DNA of 64,000 bases. Source: an uncultured Nitrososphaerota archaeon (GTDB taxonomy: Archaea > Thermoproteota > Nitrososphaeria > Nitrososphaerales > Gagatemarchaeaceae). Shown here in pieces: positions 29,174 to 38,782 of the stretch. Below the pieces are notes generated by a model that was given only the letters and a program-made list of their open reading frames with translations, had not been told where the DNA came from and ran no database searches. The DNA is taken from contig CAVRAG010000008.1 of NCBI GenBank assembly GCA_963718895.1, positions 1,472,001 to 1,536,000 on the forward strand. Direction: 5' to 3'. The stretch's first letter is position 1. Every line of letters begins with the position of its first letter. A program made the position numbers and the translations under genes.

Positions 29174-29617
29174 CTACGGCTTCAATTTGTCAAGGTCCAC
29201 CGCAGGAAGCCCTAACCGACGATATGCGCCCTCGCTGGAAAGCAAGGTGATCCCAAGCCTCTTGGAGGCCGCCGCGTGCAGCGAGTCGAAGAAGGTCAGG
29301 CCTGGTTCGTCCTGACGCAGCCTCTCTGCCACTATCACGTCGCCGATGTCCACGGGTAACGCGTCGTCGATGCCATATTCTGCCAGGAGTGCGGCCATCA
29401 ACGTGAACGTCTCTTCGATATCCTTGCTCTGCACGCCCCTGGAATACAGCACGGTCCTCACCTCGAGCACGGCCGAGGAGAGAGGGGTTATCCTCAGTCT
29501 TCCGTCCCTGTGCATCTCGAGCGCGGTGATGACACTGGAGTGCCTCGCGTCCGACTTTCTCAGCCCGAAGAGAAAATCAGACTCTACGATCACTTGCTGT
29601 CGGGATTCAGAAGCCAT
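29174..29617 (-). CDS. vapC: VapC PIN-domain toxin
   Basis: IVESDFLF, AVLEV, LTFFDSLHAA. Confidence 0.82.
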   Translation of the reverse strand: MASESRQQVIVESDFLFGLRKSDARHSSVITALEMHRDGRLRITPLSSAVLEVRTVLYSRGVQSKDIEETFTLMAALLAEYGIDDALPVDIGDVIVAERLRQDEPGLTFFDSLHAAASKRLGITLLSSEGAYRRLGLPAVDLDKLKP

Positions 29618-29835
29618 TCTTCAGCCCTTCTTCGCGTGCTCCTGTCGAACGGAAAGTCACCCATGGTTCTGTCCAGCCTCTCAGCGGGGTCTGCGGGAAC
29701 CGGCTTCATCAGGATGTCTTTGCCATACGGAACTAGATAGAACTTTTGGCCCGTGACCACCTTGAAGGCAGCCCTCACTCCTTTGGGGATTGTGATCCTG
29801 TATCGCTCATCCACCTCTGCCAGCTCTATACCCAT
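29590..29835 (-). CDS. vapB: AbrB/MazE-type antitoxin
   Basis: VDERYRITIPKGVR. Confidence 0.85.
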   Translation of the reverse strand: MGIELAEVDERYRITIPKGVRAAFKVVTGQKFYLVPYGKDILMKPVPADPAERLDRTMGDFPFDRSTRRRAEEWLLNPDSK

Positions 29836-29990
29836 GATTTGGGATTATGACCCGTATATTTAATTATTTGCCCGTAAATGGTTCATTGCGTCTCCGCCTG
29901 GGAGAGTATCATCCACACGCTGGCCATGGTCTTTGGCTTACTGGCGTCACGGAAAGAAGTTCGCCGCGGTCACGGCAAGCCCGCCAGGTC

Positions 29991-30146
29991 TTAGCCCTGG
30001 TGCCTTGGCCGCCCCACAATCCGCGACCGCTGATTTTGGACGACGCCGGTACCGTTGCACTTTGGGCAAGGCGCGCTCTGGCCTGTGCTTACTTTGATTG
30101 TGCCAGTTCCTTTACAGTTCGGACAGGGTCCCGTTCTTACTGACAT
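29991..30146 (-). CDS. 51-aa zinc-finger microprotein (two CxxCxGxG motifs)
   Basis: MSVRTGPCPNCKGTGTIKVSTGQSAPCPKCNGTGVVQ; only credible gene in its cassette. Confidence 0.65.
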   Translation of the reverse strand: MSVRTGPCPNCKGTGTIKVSTGQSAPCPKCNGTGVVQNQRSRIVGRPRHQG

Positions 30147-30290
30147 CGCGCGTTTGTGGCGTTCGGTCTCTTCTTACGTGTTCTGCCGTCGGCACCCGGC
30201 GAGTTGACAGGGAGGCTGCTAGCGACAGTCGAGTTACCAAAACCGATTATTGACTCGGTGGAGTTTACATTCCATTGAAGGAACTTGGGT

Positions 30291-30346
30291 CATGCATGTG
30301 GGTTCTTTGCGCCTGCGCCGGGGCATTTCATCCATGTGTTGGGGTA
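30291..30346 (+). repeat. Cassette-boundary repeat
   Basis: GGGTTCTTTGCGCCTGCGCCGGGGCATTTCATCCATGTGTTGGGGTA. Confidence 0.85.
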
Positions 30347-30614
30347 AGTTAGACCCGGGACTACCAAGCCACCCTCTTCTTCTGATATTGCGAGAATACC
30401 CTATCCCCGAATAGCTATCTCGAGGTAGGCTGTTCCGGTTTGCAGCCACGGAAGATTTTTGATGCCTGAACCATTTGTGCCGGCAACTCATAGGTTCGCT
30501 TTCAATCTGTTCATCACGCGGCTTGCGATTATCAATCAAGGTGCCCATTTGTAATTGTTCTTCCGATGCGTGGGGTTCATTGTCACATTCCGGGAAAAGA
30601 ATCTAGGTGCGAGT

Positions 30615-31863
30615 TCACTGGCTGGCCGGTACGAGCTCGTAGACTCCCACCGTCGGTGTTATGTTCTTCAGCTTGCGAGTCCCGAGATAACGCATCGAGG
30701 ACTTCAGCTTGTTCGATATCTGCTCGTAGACTTGCTTCGAGACGCAGACACCACCAGGTCTCGCGTATGCCTGCAATCTCGAAGCGATGTTGACGGCGTC
30801 ACCGAAGATGTCTCCGTCCTTGTGAATCACATCGCCAACGTGAACCCCTATCCTGAGACTGTTGCCTCTTCTGATGCGCTGCATCCGGCTCTGGACTGCG
30901 ATGGCACACTCCGCGGCTGCGAGCACGCTCCCGAACTCGACCATGAATCCGTCGCCTGTCCCCTTAATCACGCTCCCTTCGTATCTGGGGATGATGGACA
31001 GGATGGCTCCCTCCTGTGTGTCAAGCAGTTTCATCGCTTCCCGCTCGTCCTTCCTCATCAACCCGCTGTAGCCGACCATGTCAGTCACCATCACGGCCGC
31101 CAGATGTCTCGTTCCTTGTGACCCTCTCCGCGCGCCTACCACCACCTCCCCCCGCGGCCGGAGGCTGAGCGTCCTCCACCCCGAATCGACCGGTCCTCCA
31201 TGGAACGCCCTCGCCCGGACATTGTGTTCCAGTCTGCCTGCCTTCTCCTTGGTCACCATGTCGAAGATGCCGTCGTACAGAGCCTCATTCTTCCTGTAGA
31301 ACGCTTCCGAGGCAACGCCCTTCACGAAACCATTGATGGTAATCAGCTCGCGCGCCCTCGCCCATGGTATGAAGATAGTCCGCCAGCCGTTGAACATCGT
31401 CTCCTCGTCGTTGAATTGGAGGAGAAGCGAGGTGTTGTCGTCTATGTGGAGCCACCGCATGTCCCGCTCTTCGAAACCTTCGGAGATTTGCTTCTTGATC
31501 ACTTTCCCCCACTCTCTCAGGTCGGGAGCTTTCATGGCAAGGAAGCCGACCTTCCCGGCTGGCGCCTTCATCGATCTCTTCGGTCGTTGGGGTATAACTG
31601 TCTATGAGCCTGAGCATGCCCCTCTTCGTCTCTTTATCGACGGAAACCCCCAATTCTTCGAGGGCCTCCTTGACATCGACTATGTTCCGGTGGAAGGAGT
31701 GGTACTCGGTCTTCAGACCACGCTGCACGGCACGAGCGGCAACGGTTACCGAAGCCTCATACCAAGGGGAGTCTGGCTCGAACTCTACCAGATAGTTCCC
31801 TCCCACGCGTAGTCCGTCCGGCACCATGGCCTCAAAGAACGGGACCACGACCCTGACGGGCAT
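30615..31863 (-). pseudogene. Degenerate RecA/KaiC-like domain fused to class III adenylate/guanylate cyclase, frameshifted at ~31580
   Basis: ORF 31285..31863 (PDGLRVGGNYLVEF, LRLIDSY) joins ORF 30615..31571 (TDMVGYS, KGTGDG, RIGVHVGDV, FGDAVNIASRL). Confidence 0.8.
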
Positions 31864-32081
31864 TACTTGGAATTCACCGACTGGAACTATAAGCGTTTAC
31901 CCCTTTGTCTGGACGGCTCTTGCTTCGCATATATGAAAACTGGGGGCTTGTGATTCAGAAGGGACCCTGAGCCATGCTAGGGTTCATTGCGCCTCCGCCG
32001 GGAATGGAAATTCTATGTCGGGCCTTTGGGTGCCCTTATTAGTATGTGAATCCACATATCACAAATAGGAAAGAATCGACC

Positions 32082-32324
32082 TTGGCGAACGTCACCCTGT
32101 CTGTACCGGAAGAGCTCCGAAGGATAATGAAGAATCACCCCGAGATAAAGTGGAGTGAGGTAGCGAGGCAGGCGATGTGGGCGTACGCGAAGAAGCTTGA
32201 AATCTTGGACGAAGCCACCAAGAACAGCAGGCTGACCGAAGACGATGTCCTCGAACTAGACAAAGTGATCAAGGCGAGCCTCTCCGCGAAATACGCCAAG
32301 AAAGCGGAAAGAAGCAGAGCTTGA
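32082..32324 (+). CDS. vapB: VapB antitoxin (RHH)
   Basis: [22 protein letters not shown]; palindrome TATGTG-AATC-CACATA at 32043-32058. Confidence 0.85.
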   Translation: MANVTLSVPEELRRIMKNHPEIKWSEVARQAMWAYAKKLEILDEATKNSRLTEDDVLELDKVIKASLSAKYAKKAERSRA

Positions 32325-32731
32325 AGTTCGTCCTCGACACGAACGTGATCCTGAAGGCGCTGATCAAGAACTCGTCAGTTCGGGCAATCATCGTCGGGTC
32401 CAAACACGAGTTCTCTATTCCCCGGGAAGCGATCGAGGAGATTCGAAGGCATGCGCCTCTCGTGAAGGAGAAATCCGGTCTCTCCGAGATGGAAATCAAC
32501 TCTGTTCTTGACACGCTGCTCACGAGCGTTCAGTTGATCCAAACAGAGGAAGACGCAGCCGAGAGGAAAGAGGCAGAAGACATCATGTTATCCATCGACA
32601 AAGATGACGCGCCGTTCCTTGCGGCGGCCATGGGCATCGTTTGTGATGGGATCTGGAGCGATGATAAGCACCTGAAGCGGCAGACAAGAGTAAGGGTCTG
32701 GACGACCAAAGAGATTCTGGCGCTGAACTGA
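32321..32731 (+). CDS. vapC: PIN-domain toxin
   Basis: [25 protein letters not shown]. Confidence 0.9.
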   Translation: MKFVLDTNVILKALIKNSSVRAIIVGSKHEFSIPREAIEEIRRHAPLVKEKSGLSEMEINSVLDTLLTSVQLIQTEEDAAERKEAEDIMLSIDKDDAPFLAAAMGIVCDGIWSDDKHLKRQTRVRVWTTKEILALN

Positions 32732-32812
32732 CTGGTAGTGATTGGCCCGGTCCGTGGATTCATCGCGCCTCCGCCGGGAATGTATCATCTAGTGGGAGCT
32801 CGACAGCGTGGG

Positions 32813-33385
32813 TCATGAAGGGCGCTGAAGGCGGAGCCCGACGACGCCCGACTTGAACACTCTTGCTTTGATCAGCTTCAGCTCCCTTGGACTTCTCAAC
32901 CCCCCGAGCAGGGTCTTTCCCCTGCCAAGGATGAACGGATGAAGGTAGACGTGATAGTCGTCAATCAGGTCGAGCTTTGTGAACGTCTGCGCAATCCCAG
33001 GACCGCCCACGATTGCCATGTTCTTACCAGGTTCTGATTTCATCCGGGAGATCTCTCGTGGTATGCTCCCCGTCACCAGAGAAGTGTTCTTCCAGTCGAC
33101 GGCTTTCAGGGTCTTGGAGAAAACGATCTTCCTAACTCGATCGGTGAACCTCGAGAAGTCTTTCTCGAACTGCGAGCTGGACGGGCTGGTAGCCAGCGGG
33201 GGCCATACCCTCTTCCACAGCTGGTAGTTCACCCGCCCGAATAGGAAGGTGTCGACCATCCTCAGCTGCTCCCACATATCTTCGTGGAGTTCCGATGCCG
33301 CTGTTTCATCTCCGACATACGGAATCCACCCCTCCGCGGCAACGCCATCGAGGCCCATCCCCATCAGAAGGATTACCTTTCTCAT
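32813..33385 (-). CDS. Dihydrofolate reductase / RibD C-terminal family protein
   Basis: LDG, LFGRVNY, KIVFSKTL, GG, LIDDY..PFILGRG. Confidence 0.88.
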   Translation of the reverse strand: MRKVILLMGMGLDGVAAEGWIPYVGDETAASELHEDMWEQLRMVDTFLFGRVNYQLWKRVWPPLATSPSSSQFEKDFSRFTDRVRKIVFSKTLKAVDWKNTSLVTGSIPREISRMKSEPGKNMAIVGGPGIAQTFTKLDLIDDYHVYLHPFILGRGKTLLGGLRSPRELKLIKARVFKSGVVGLRLQRPS

Positions 33386-33473
33386 GGAAATTCACCCTCC
33401 CCATTCCAGCATATAATCGGTCCGCGTCTTGAGAATCTTCCTTCGAGACATTCGGAATCGACCGGATTCTATA

Positions 33474-33531
33474 GCCATCCTAGGGTCCATTGCGCCTCCG
33501 CCGGGGCATTTCATCCACATCTTGGGGGCTA
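33474..33531 (+). repeat. Cassette-boundary repeat (full length)
   Basis: GCCATCCTAGGGTCCATTGCGCCTCCGCCGGGGCATTTCATCCACATCTTGGGGGCTA. Confidence 0.9.
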
Positions 33532-33593
33532 TGGTTGGATGCATAGCGCCGCAGTAAACTTTATGTATTATTATTCGTAATATCAAAGCAGTC

Positions 33594-33821
33594 ATGAGTG
33601 GTAAACAAGTTACGGTTTCAGCCAAGATTCCGAAGAAGCTGAAGGACGAGTTGGAAAGAAAGGGTGTAAGGATGTCAGAGGCCATCAGGAACGGCTTGGA
33701 GAGGGAGCTCAAGGATGCTAAACTTAGAGAGCTGCAGTCGACGCTGAAGGAGATAGATTTTTCCAAGGTCAGTGACGAGCAGATAGTGCGCGACATAAGA
33801 GAGACAAGAGAAGAGCGGTGA
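33594..33821 (+). CDS. vapB: VapB antitoxin (RHH)
   Basis: VTVSAKIPKKLK..SEAIRNGL..IRETRE. Confidence 0.88.
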   Translation: MSGKQVTVSAKIPKKLKDELERKGVRMSEAIRNGLERELKDAKLRELQSTLKEIDFSKVSDEQIVRDIRETREER

Positions 33822-33830
33822 CGGACCGAG

Positions 33831-34211
33831 TTGATCCTAGACGCAAGTTCGCTCTACATCATACTCAAACGAGGGAACCTGAAGGCGCTTGAGAACTCTG
33901 TCACCCTCGACCTGGCTTTCTATGAGGTCGGCAACGCGATGCTGAAGGAATTGAAGAGAAAGCTGATCACGCAACAATCCTTCGCGAAGGCGCTCAGCGC
34001 TCTGGTCTCGATGAATGAGATAATCACCGTCAGGAAATTTGGGGAGTTGGATGCACGTCGTGTTGCCGAGGTATCAAAGTCAACCGGCCTGACGTTCTAC
34101 GATGCTTCCTACCTGACCCTCGCTCTAATGCTCAATGAAACACTTGCAACTCACGACAAAGAGTTAGCCGATGAGTCGCGTAAGATTGGAATCAGGGTCG
34201 CTCCGGAGTAG
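33831..34211 (+). CDS. vapC: VapC PIN-domain toxin
   Basis: LDASSL, YEVGNA, TFYDASY, ATHDKEL. Confidence 0.9.
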   Translation: MILDASSLYIILKRGNLKALENSVTLDLAFYEVGNAMLKELKRKLITQQSFAKALSALVSMNEIITVRKFGELDARRVAEVSKSTGLTFYDASYLTLALMLNETLATHDKELADESRKIGIRVAPE

Positions 34212-34234
34212 CGCTCAACGAAATCGAGCTGTGT

Positions 34235-34282
34235 GGGGTTCATCGCGCCTCCGCCGGGGCATCTCATCCACACGTTGGGCTA
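34235..34282 (+). repeat. Cassette-boundary repeat
   Basis: GGGGTTCATCGCGCCTCCGCCGGGGCATCTCATCCACACGTTGGGCTA. Confidence 0.92.
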
Positions 34283-34344
34283 TGGGCGACGCGCGCGAAC
34301 GAATCAGGCCAGCCAGATGTTCGAGTTCTTCCCTTCATGCCTGC

Positions 34345-34704
34345 TTAGGTCGCTTCAATCCGGATTTCTCTTTCCGTGACGACAATCAGCGCGTTGGGGT
34401 GCTTGGTGATGTCAGCGCGAGCAAGGAGACGTTCGATGCACTCCTGGACTCTAGTGGGCGTCGGAGGATGCGACCTAATGATGATGACCCCGAACGTCGT
34501 CTTGAGTTGGTGGTGCAGACGAATGAAGTCTTGGTCCAACGAGATAACCATCCTGCCTTCGCGGTGAGCGTATCGCGCGATTGCGACGTCAGTCGCGCCA
34601 GGGTGGAGCGCTTCGATCGTTCCTTTGGTGTCGTGACCCTGCCGCTTCAGCCAACTCCTGACGCTCGAGGGAACGTTCTCGTCTGTAAGGAATCGTAGAG
34701 TCAC
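34345..34704 (-). CDS. DUF5615 PIN-like toxin (copy 1)
   Basis: RFLTDENV..GHD..ATD..ISLDQDF. Confidence 0.85.
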   Translation of the reverse strand: MTLRFLTDENVPSSVRSWLKRQGHDTKGTIEALHPGATDVAIARYAHREGRMVISLDQDFIRLHHQLKTTFGVIIIRSHPPTPTRVQECIERLLARADITKHPNALIVVTEREIRIEAT

Positions 34705-34949
34705 TGTGCCTCAAGTTCTATGACTTCTTCGTCACGCAGCCTCTTTGAGGCGTATTCGAGAGCGGCCCGAATGTCCTCGACCGTTAGGTCTGGGTACTCC
34801 TTCAGTATCCCCTCCTCGGTGATTCCTGAAGCCAGGAGTTCCACTATCAAGTAAACTGCTATTCTAGTCCCCTTGATTACGGGCTTTCCACCCAACACCC
34901 CCCTGTTCGTGCTGATTCTGCCAAGCCTGCTTCTCAATCTGGATTGCAA
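34701..34949 (-). CDS. DUF433 antitoxin (copy 1)
   Basis: GGKPVIKGTRI..EYPDLTVEDIRAALEYA. Confidence 0.92.
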   Translation of the reverse strand: MQSRLRSRLGRISTNRGVLGGKPVIKGTRIAVYLIVELLASGITEEGILKEYPDLTVEDIRAALEYASKRLRDEEVIELEAQ

Positions 34950-35202
34950 GAAGGCTCGCTTCTATAAAAAGTAGGCCGACGACCGATTCAAGGATGAGCC
35001 ATGGTTAGGGTTCATTGCGCCTCCGCCGGGGCATTTCATCCATTTGGTGGATGTGGTATGGGAACTGGTTGACACTACCTGCGATCATTCTTCCAGTACC
35101 GTTTCGTTTGGCAGGAATGAATGACTTAGCCACTCCGTAGGTACCGTTGAGAATCGGTACTCTCTCATATTCGTGAGTCAGCCGTCAGGACCGCGGAGCC
35201 AA

Positions 35203-36762
35203 CTAGCCATTTTCTCCGTTGGAGCTTTCCGGTGTATGCCTTAGCCGTAACACGAGAACGGCTGCAATGGCAAGCAGGATTAGCGCAGGCACCCCAAAGG
35301 GAAACTCTGGGACTGAGGACGCCGGCATTACGTAGTATGTGTAGGTCAGGATCGTCGACGACACGATAGTCACTGTGGTGACCGTCCCGCTTATCGTCGT
35401 CGTTGTGGTGGTGGTTACCCTGCTTGTGACAGTAGAGGTGTGGCTGGACGAAACTGGCATCGAGCTCAGAGTGGAAAAGGAATAGAGCGCGCTCCCCTGA
35501 ACCCAGTCGTACAACTCGGTCGAACCGGTGTCTGGAAGAGCGTTGGAATCCAGGCACGTCACGTCCCCGCCGTTGGCGTCCGTGTAGTTCCATTGATGGG
35601 TCGCTGTCCATTTTTCTGTTACCAGCGCCCACCTCGTCTGGGTCGCGTTCCCGAGGATTTTTCCTATCTGCCACCAGAACATGGGTTGCTCACCCTCCGT
35701 CCATCCGGGATAGTCTCGCGGGTCACTGGTGCTGGCGCAGGAACTCCGCAGCGTGTCGTTCCTGAGCGCATCGTTGTGATATCCGCCCAGAGTGGGGTCC
35801 CAGAGAGTCCTGTTTATCCAGGTCAGGTCCTGATTGACCCAGCTCCTTACGGTCGCGTTGTCTGTTAGCTGGGAAAAGTACGCCAGTCCGACCGCTCCCC
35901 AGATGTCTTCGTTCGCGCCCTTCCTGCAGTCCTCCAGGCCAGAGAGATTGGCATAAGCGGACCGCATGAAACCCTGAAAGCCGTTGGCGGTACAGTCTAC
36001 CGAGCCGGCTCCACCAGAGAGGGTGTTGCTTGAGCTGTCCCAGAGATAGTCGCGGGCGAAGGAGACGGCCGCGCTCATCCTGCCTATGTATGAGGTGTTC
36101 CCCGTCACTGCGGACCATTGCGCTGTCGCCCACACGTACGAACCGATGCTCTGCTCGATGTTGACGTCTCCTGAAGGTTGGCCATCGCACACGTTGTAGG
36201 ACACCTCGGCGATATTGTCGGAGGTGCTCCAGAAGCGACCGTTCAGCAGCGTCTCGACTTCGTTGGCCCTGTGCAGCCAAATCGCGGAGCCGTTAGTGCC
36301 ATAGAGGTTGAGAAACACGACCAGAAACATCGCGCTGTCCTGCAGGTACTGCTGGCAGTCTACATTCCTCCAGTTCGTGTCATACACGTCATAGAAGCCC
36401 CCGTTTGTCGGGTCCCATGCATTTTCCCAGAATCGCTCGGAGGAGCGGGATGCCCACGAGAGATAAGTCTGGTTTCCGGTCGCTTTGTAAAGCTGGACCA
36501 GACCTTCGTCGATGAATGCGTTACCCAGGGTTGTGAACTGATCTGCTTGGACTGTCGCCCAGTTGCTCGAGAGAGCAGAGTAATATGCTCCCGCTGTGGT
36601 GTCGAGCATGTAGCTGTGAAGCCTGTTCGCTAGCTGGACTGCCAGGGTTAGATATGGTACGGAGATGAAGCCGGTCACGGAGGTTGCTTGCACGCTCACG
36701 ACGGCGGAGGCGACGAACAGGACAGCGATGAACAGCGAGAGCGACTTCGCCGAGCGCGACAC
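35203..36762 (-). CDS. Secreted (alpha/alpha)6 glycosidase-like protein (GH76/AGE-like) with PEF-CTERM-like anchor
   Basis: Repeated WD..GG(F/Y) helix-barrel motifs, LYKATGNQTYL; VPEFP, TM and basic tail. Confidence 0.7.
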   Translation of the reverse strand: MSRSAKSLSLFIAVLFVASAVVSVQATSVTGFISVPYLTLAVQLANRLHSYMLDTTAGAYYSALSSNWATVQADQFTTLGNAFIDEGLVQLYKATGNQTYLSWASRSSERFWENAWDPTNGGFYDVYDTNWRNVDCQQYLQDSAMFLVVFLNLYGTNGSAIWLHRANEVETLLNGRFWSTSDNIAEVSYNVCDGQPSGDVNIEQSIGSYVWATAQWSAVTGNTSYIGRMSAAVSFARDYLWDSSSNTLSGGAGSVDCTANGFQGFMRSAYANLSGLEDCRKGANEDIWGAVGLAYFSQLTDNATVRSWVNQDLTWINRTLWDPTLGGYHNDALRNDTLRSSCASTSDPRDYPGWTEGEQPMFWWQIGKILGNATQTRWALVTEKWTATHQWNYTDANGGDVTCLDSNALPDTGSTELYDWVQGSALYSFSTLSSMPVSSSHTSTVTSRVTTTTTTTISGTVTTVTIVSSTILTYTYYVMPASSVPEFPFGVPALILLAIAAVLVLRLRHTPESSNGENG

Positions 36763-37012
36763 GAAGATCGTTTGGTGTCGTCCGAATTAAAAGCGCGTCG
36801 CTGCTGAGATTTCTCCATGGTTTCGAGCAGAGAGGACAATTTGTTTGTCGTGACCATGGATCAACTGAACATGTAGATCGCTGTCTGCGACCGGTCAGGG
36901 TTTGGTATCTCTAACGAGACTCGTTGGTTCATTGCGTCTCCGCCGGGGCATTTCAGCGTCAGTTTTCGGACGTTGCAAGCTGCGCTTTGTCCCGGATTGG
37001 TCGGCCGTTCAA

Positions 37013-38011
37013 TCAGGGAACGCCGCACGAGCTTAAGCATCCCGCAACCACCGTCCTAGAGACCCGGGTCCCGTAGAAGCCATTCGTGGTGGCCATGAAC
37101 GTTACCGTATACCGGTTTCCAGGGACTATCGAGATGTGCCCTGGCGCGTTTGCTTTCATCCCGATTGCGTACGATACGCTGTACTGGGAGGGCGAAGCGC
37201 CAGAATGACCAACCCCGACGGAGCCGATATAGGTTCCGTTGATGAGGACATCCACCTCGGAGATCTGGCTGGTCGTGTTGAAGACGAGGACCGCGGACAG
37301 GACCGGATTGACCGAAGAGAGCACGACACTCCTTATCGATATGAGGTCGGTCGGAGAGATGCCTGTGCTGAGCTGGCCCGAGTAAATCGACTCCTTCAGG
37401 CTTGAGCCATCACTGGCTATGACCGTGATTCCTACGCCGCCTTGTGGAATGAAGTAGACGCCCGAACCGCCTGTGAACGTGACAGAGACATTCGCCGCCT
37501 TGCCCGGCTGAAGCATGGCGCTCGGAGTAACTGTGAATCCCACCGTCGTTGCAGTTGGGCCGGTCATGGTGTCGTTCGACGGTACCCAGCCCATGGCGTT
37601 GATGCAGGTTGCGACGATGGAGACGGGTGAACTCCCTGTGTTCTTGATTCCCGTTAGTACGCCCGAGTAGCTGAGGCTGTTCTCGCCGCCGCCGAAGGCC
37701 AGACCAGCCGCCTCGTTGCTGCCGCCACCTGTCGCGATGTTTGATATGTTACTGCAGAACCTCGAGACGAATGTTCCACTCACCGCGTAGGTCGCAAGTT
37801 GCGGGGACTTTGAAGGGTTTGTCGCGGTCGTAGCGACGGTGGTGGTCGTTGTTGTAATCGTAGACGTCTCAGTCGTCGTCTTGAACGCTGTCGATGTCAC
37901 GGTCTTCGACGCTTGCCCAGTGGCTACGAACAGGCTCGCGGAGATTAGCACGCCGGCTATGACGATTGCTGCAGCAATGACGAGATAGCTCCGAGCCGGC
38001 GGAGAACTCAA
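37013..38011 (-). CDS. Membrane-anchored Thr-rich surface protein
   Basis: N-terminal AIVIAGVLISASLF anchor shared with 39620..40273. Confidence 0.75.
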   Translation of the reverse strand: MSSPPARSYLVIAAAIVIAGVLISASLFVATGQASKTVTSTAFKTTTETSTITTTTTTVATTATNPSKSPQLATYAVSGTFVSRFCSNISNIATGGGSNEAAGLAFGGGENSLSYSGVLTGIKNTGSSPVSIVATCINAMGWVPSNDTMTGPTATTVGFTVTPSAMLQPGKAANVSVTFTGGSGVYFIPQGGVGITVIASDGSSLKESIYSGQLSTGISPTDLISIRSVVLSSVNPVLSAVLVFNTTSQISEVDVLINGTYIGSVGVGHSGASPSQYSVSYAIGMKANAPGHISIVPGNRYTVTFMATTNGFYGTRVSRTVVAGCLSSCGVP

Positions 38012-38044
38012 ACCGAAGCACCTTGCGATTCTGAGCCGGATTTC

Positions 38045-38138
38045 TGATTAATAGTTTTGTCCGAATGGCAGAGCCTCTAGGCTTGTTTGATTGAGGATGC
38101 CGTAAAAAGGCATGCCATGTATAGGGTTCATTGCGCCT
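38045..38138 (+). repeat. Long-form boundary element
   Basis: TGATTAATAGTTTTGTCCGAA..GAGCCTCTAGG..GATGCCGTAAAAAGGCATGCCATGTATAGGGTTCATTGCGCC. Confidence 0.88.
38046..38064 (-). promoter_or_regulatory. Putative BRE/TATA promoter in the shared cassette leader
   Basis: Minus strand TTCGGACAAAACTATTAATC ~36 nt upstream of the start; recurs at ~16021, 40308, 56192, 59960 and 63553. Confidence 0.6.
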
Positions 38139-38141
38139 TCT

Positions 38142-38633
38142 TCAAAGTTCTGTGGGGAGGCCCTTGTTCTTCGCGATTGAGAGCTTTCTGGTGTCCCATG
38201 AGAAGCTCGAGTTGGGTCTGACCACTATGGTAATGTCGTCTCTCGAGAAGTACGACCTCACCTTCGGATCACTCAGGGTCTCCTTCCCGAGATACTTCTC
38301 GTGGATGCGATGATTGAACTCCAAAGACTTGCGCGGCGAGAGGAAAGAGGCCTCTCCCCTCAACTGGACGCCCCAGACATGGAGACTCTGAACTGCGCTG
38401 TCGAGCAGGACCGCAACCCGTGGGTCGGCCCTTATGTTCTTCACCTTGACTGTGTCCTTGTTCGTGCAGATGTACATCCTGCCCTTCTCCCAGATGAACC
38501 AGACAGGCGTTACCTGTGGGAATCCGTCCCTTCCTTTGGTGGCGAGTCTTGCGATGAGCCGCTTGCCGAGATACGCTTCAATCCACTTCTTGGTCTTCGT
38601 CACTTCAGCCGAAGCAGATTTTCCCGTCGACAT
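38142..38633 (-). CDS. Pyridoxamine 5'-phosphate oxidase family (PPOX, possibly F420-binding)
   Basis: RLAT..DGFPQVTPVWF..KVKNIRADPRV. Confidence 0.85.
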   Translation of the reverse strand: MSTGKSASAEVTKTKKWIEAYLGKRLIARLATKGRDGFPQVTPVWFIWEKGRMYICTNKDTVKVKNIRADPRVAVLLDSAVQSLHVWGVQLRGEASFLSPRKSLEFNHRIHEKYLGKETLSDPKVRSYFSRDDITIVVRPNSSFSWDTRKLSIAKNKGLPTEL

Positions 38634-38782
38634 GGTGTATGCAAGACGCTCGGCGACAGGAGTTAATTTACTCTCTGTGAACAACTGGAGGGAGCCGGAA
38701 CCACGCGCGAATCATGTGCCAAGATGGAAAACCGCTGGCGTGTATAGGGTTCATTGCGCCTCCGCCAGGGCTGCCGTGACCT

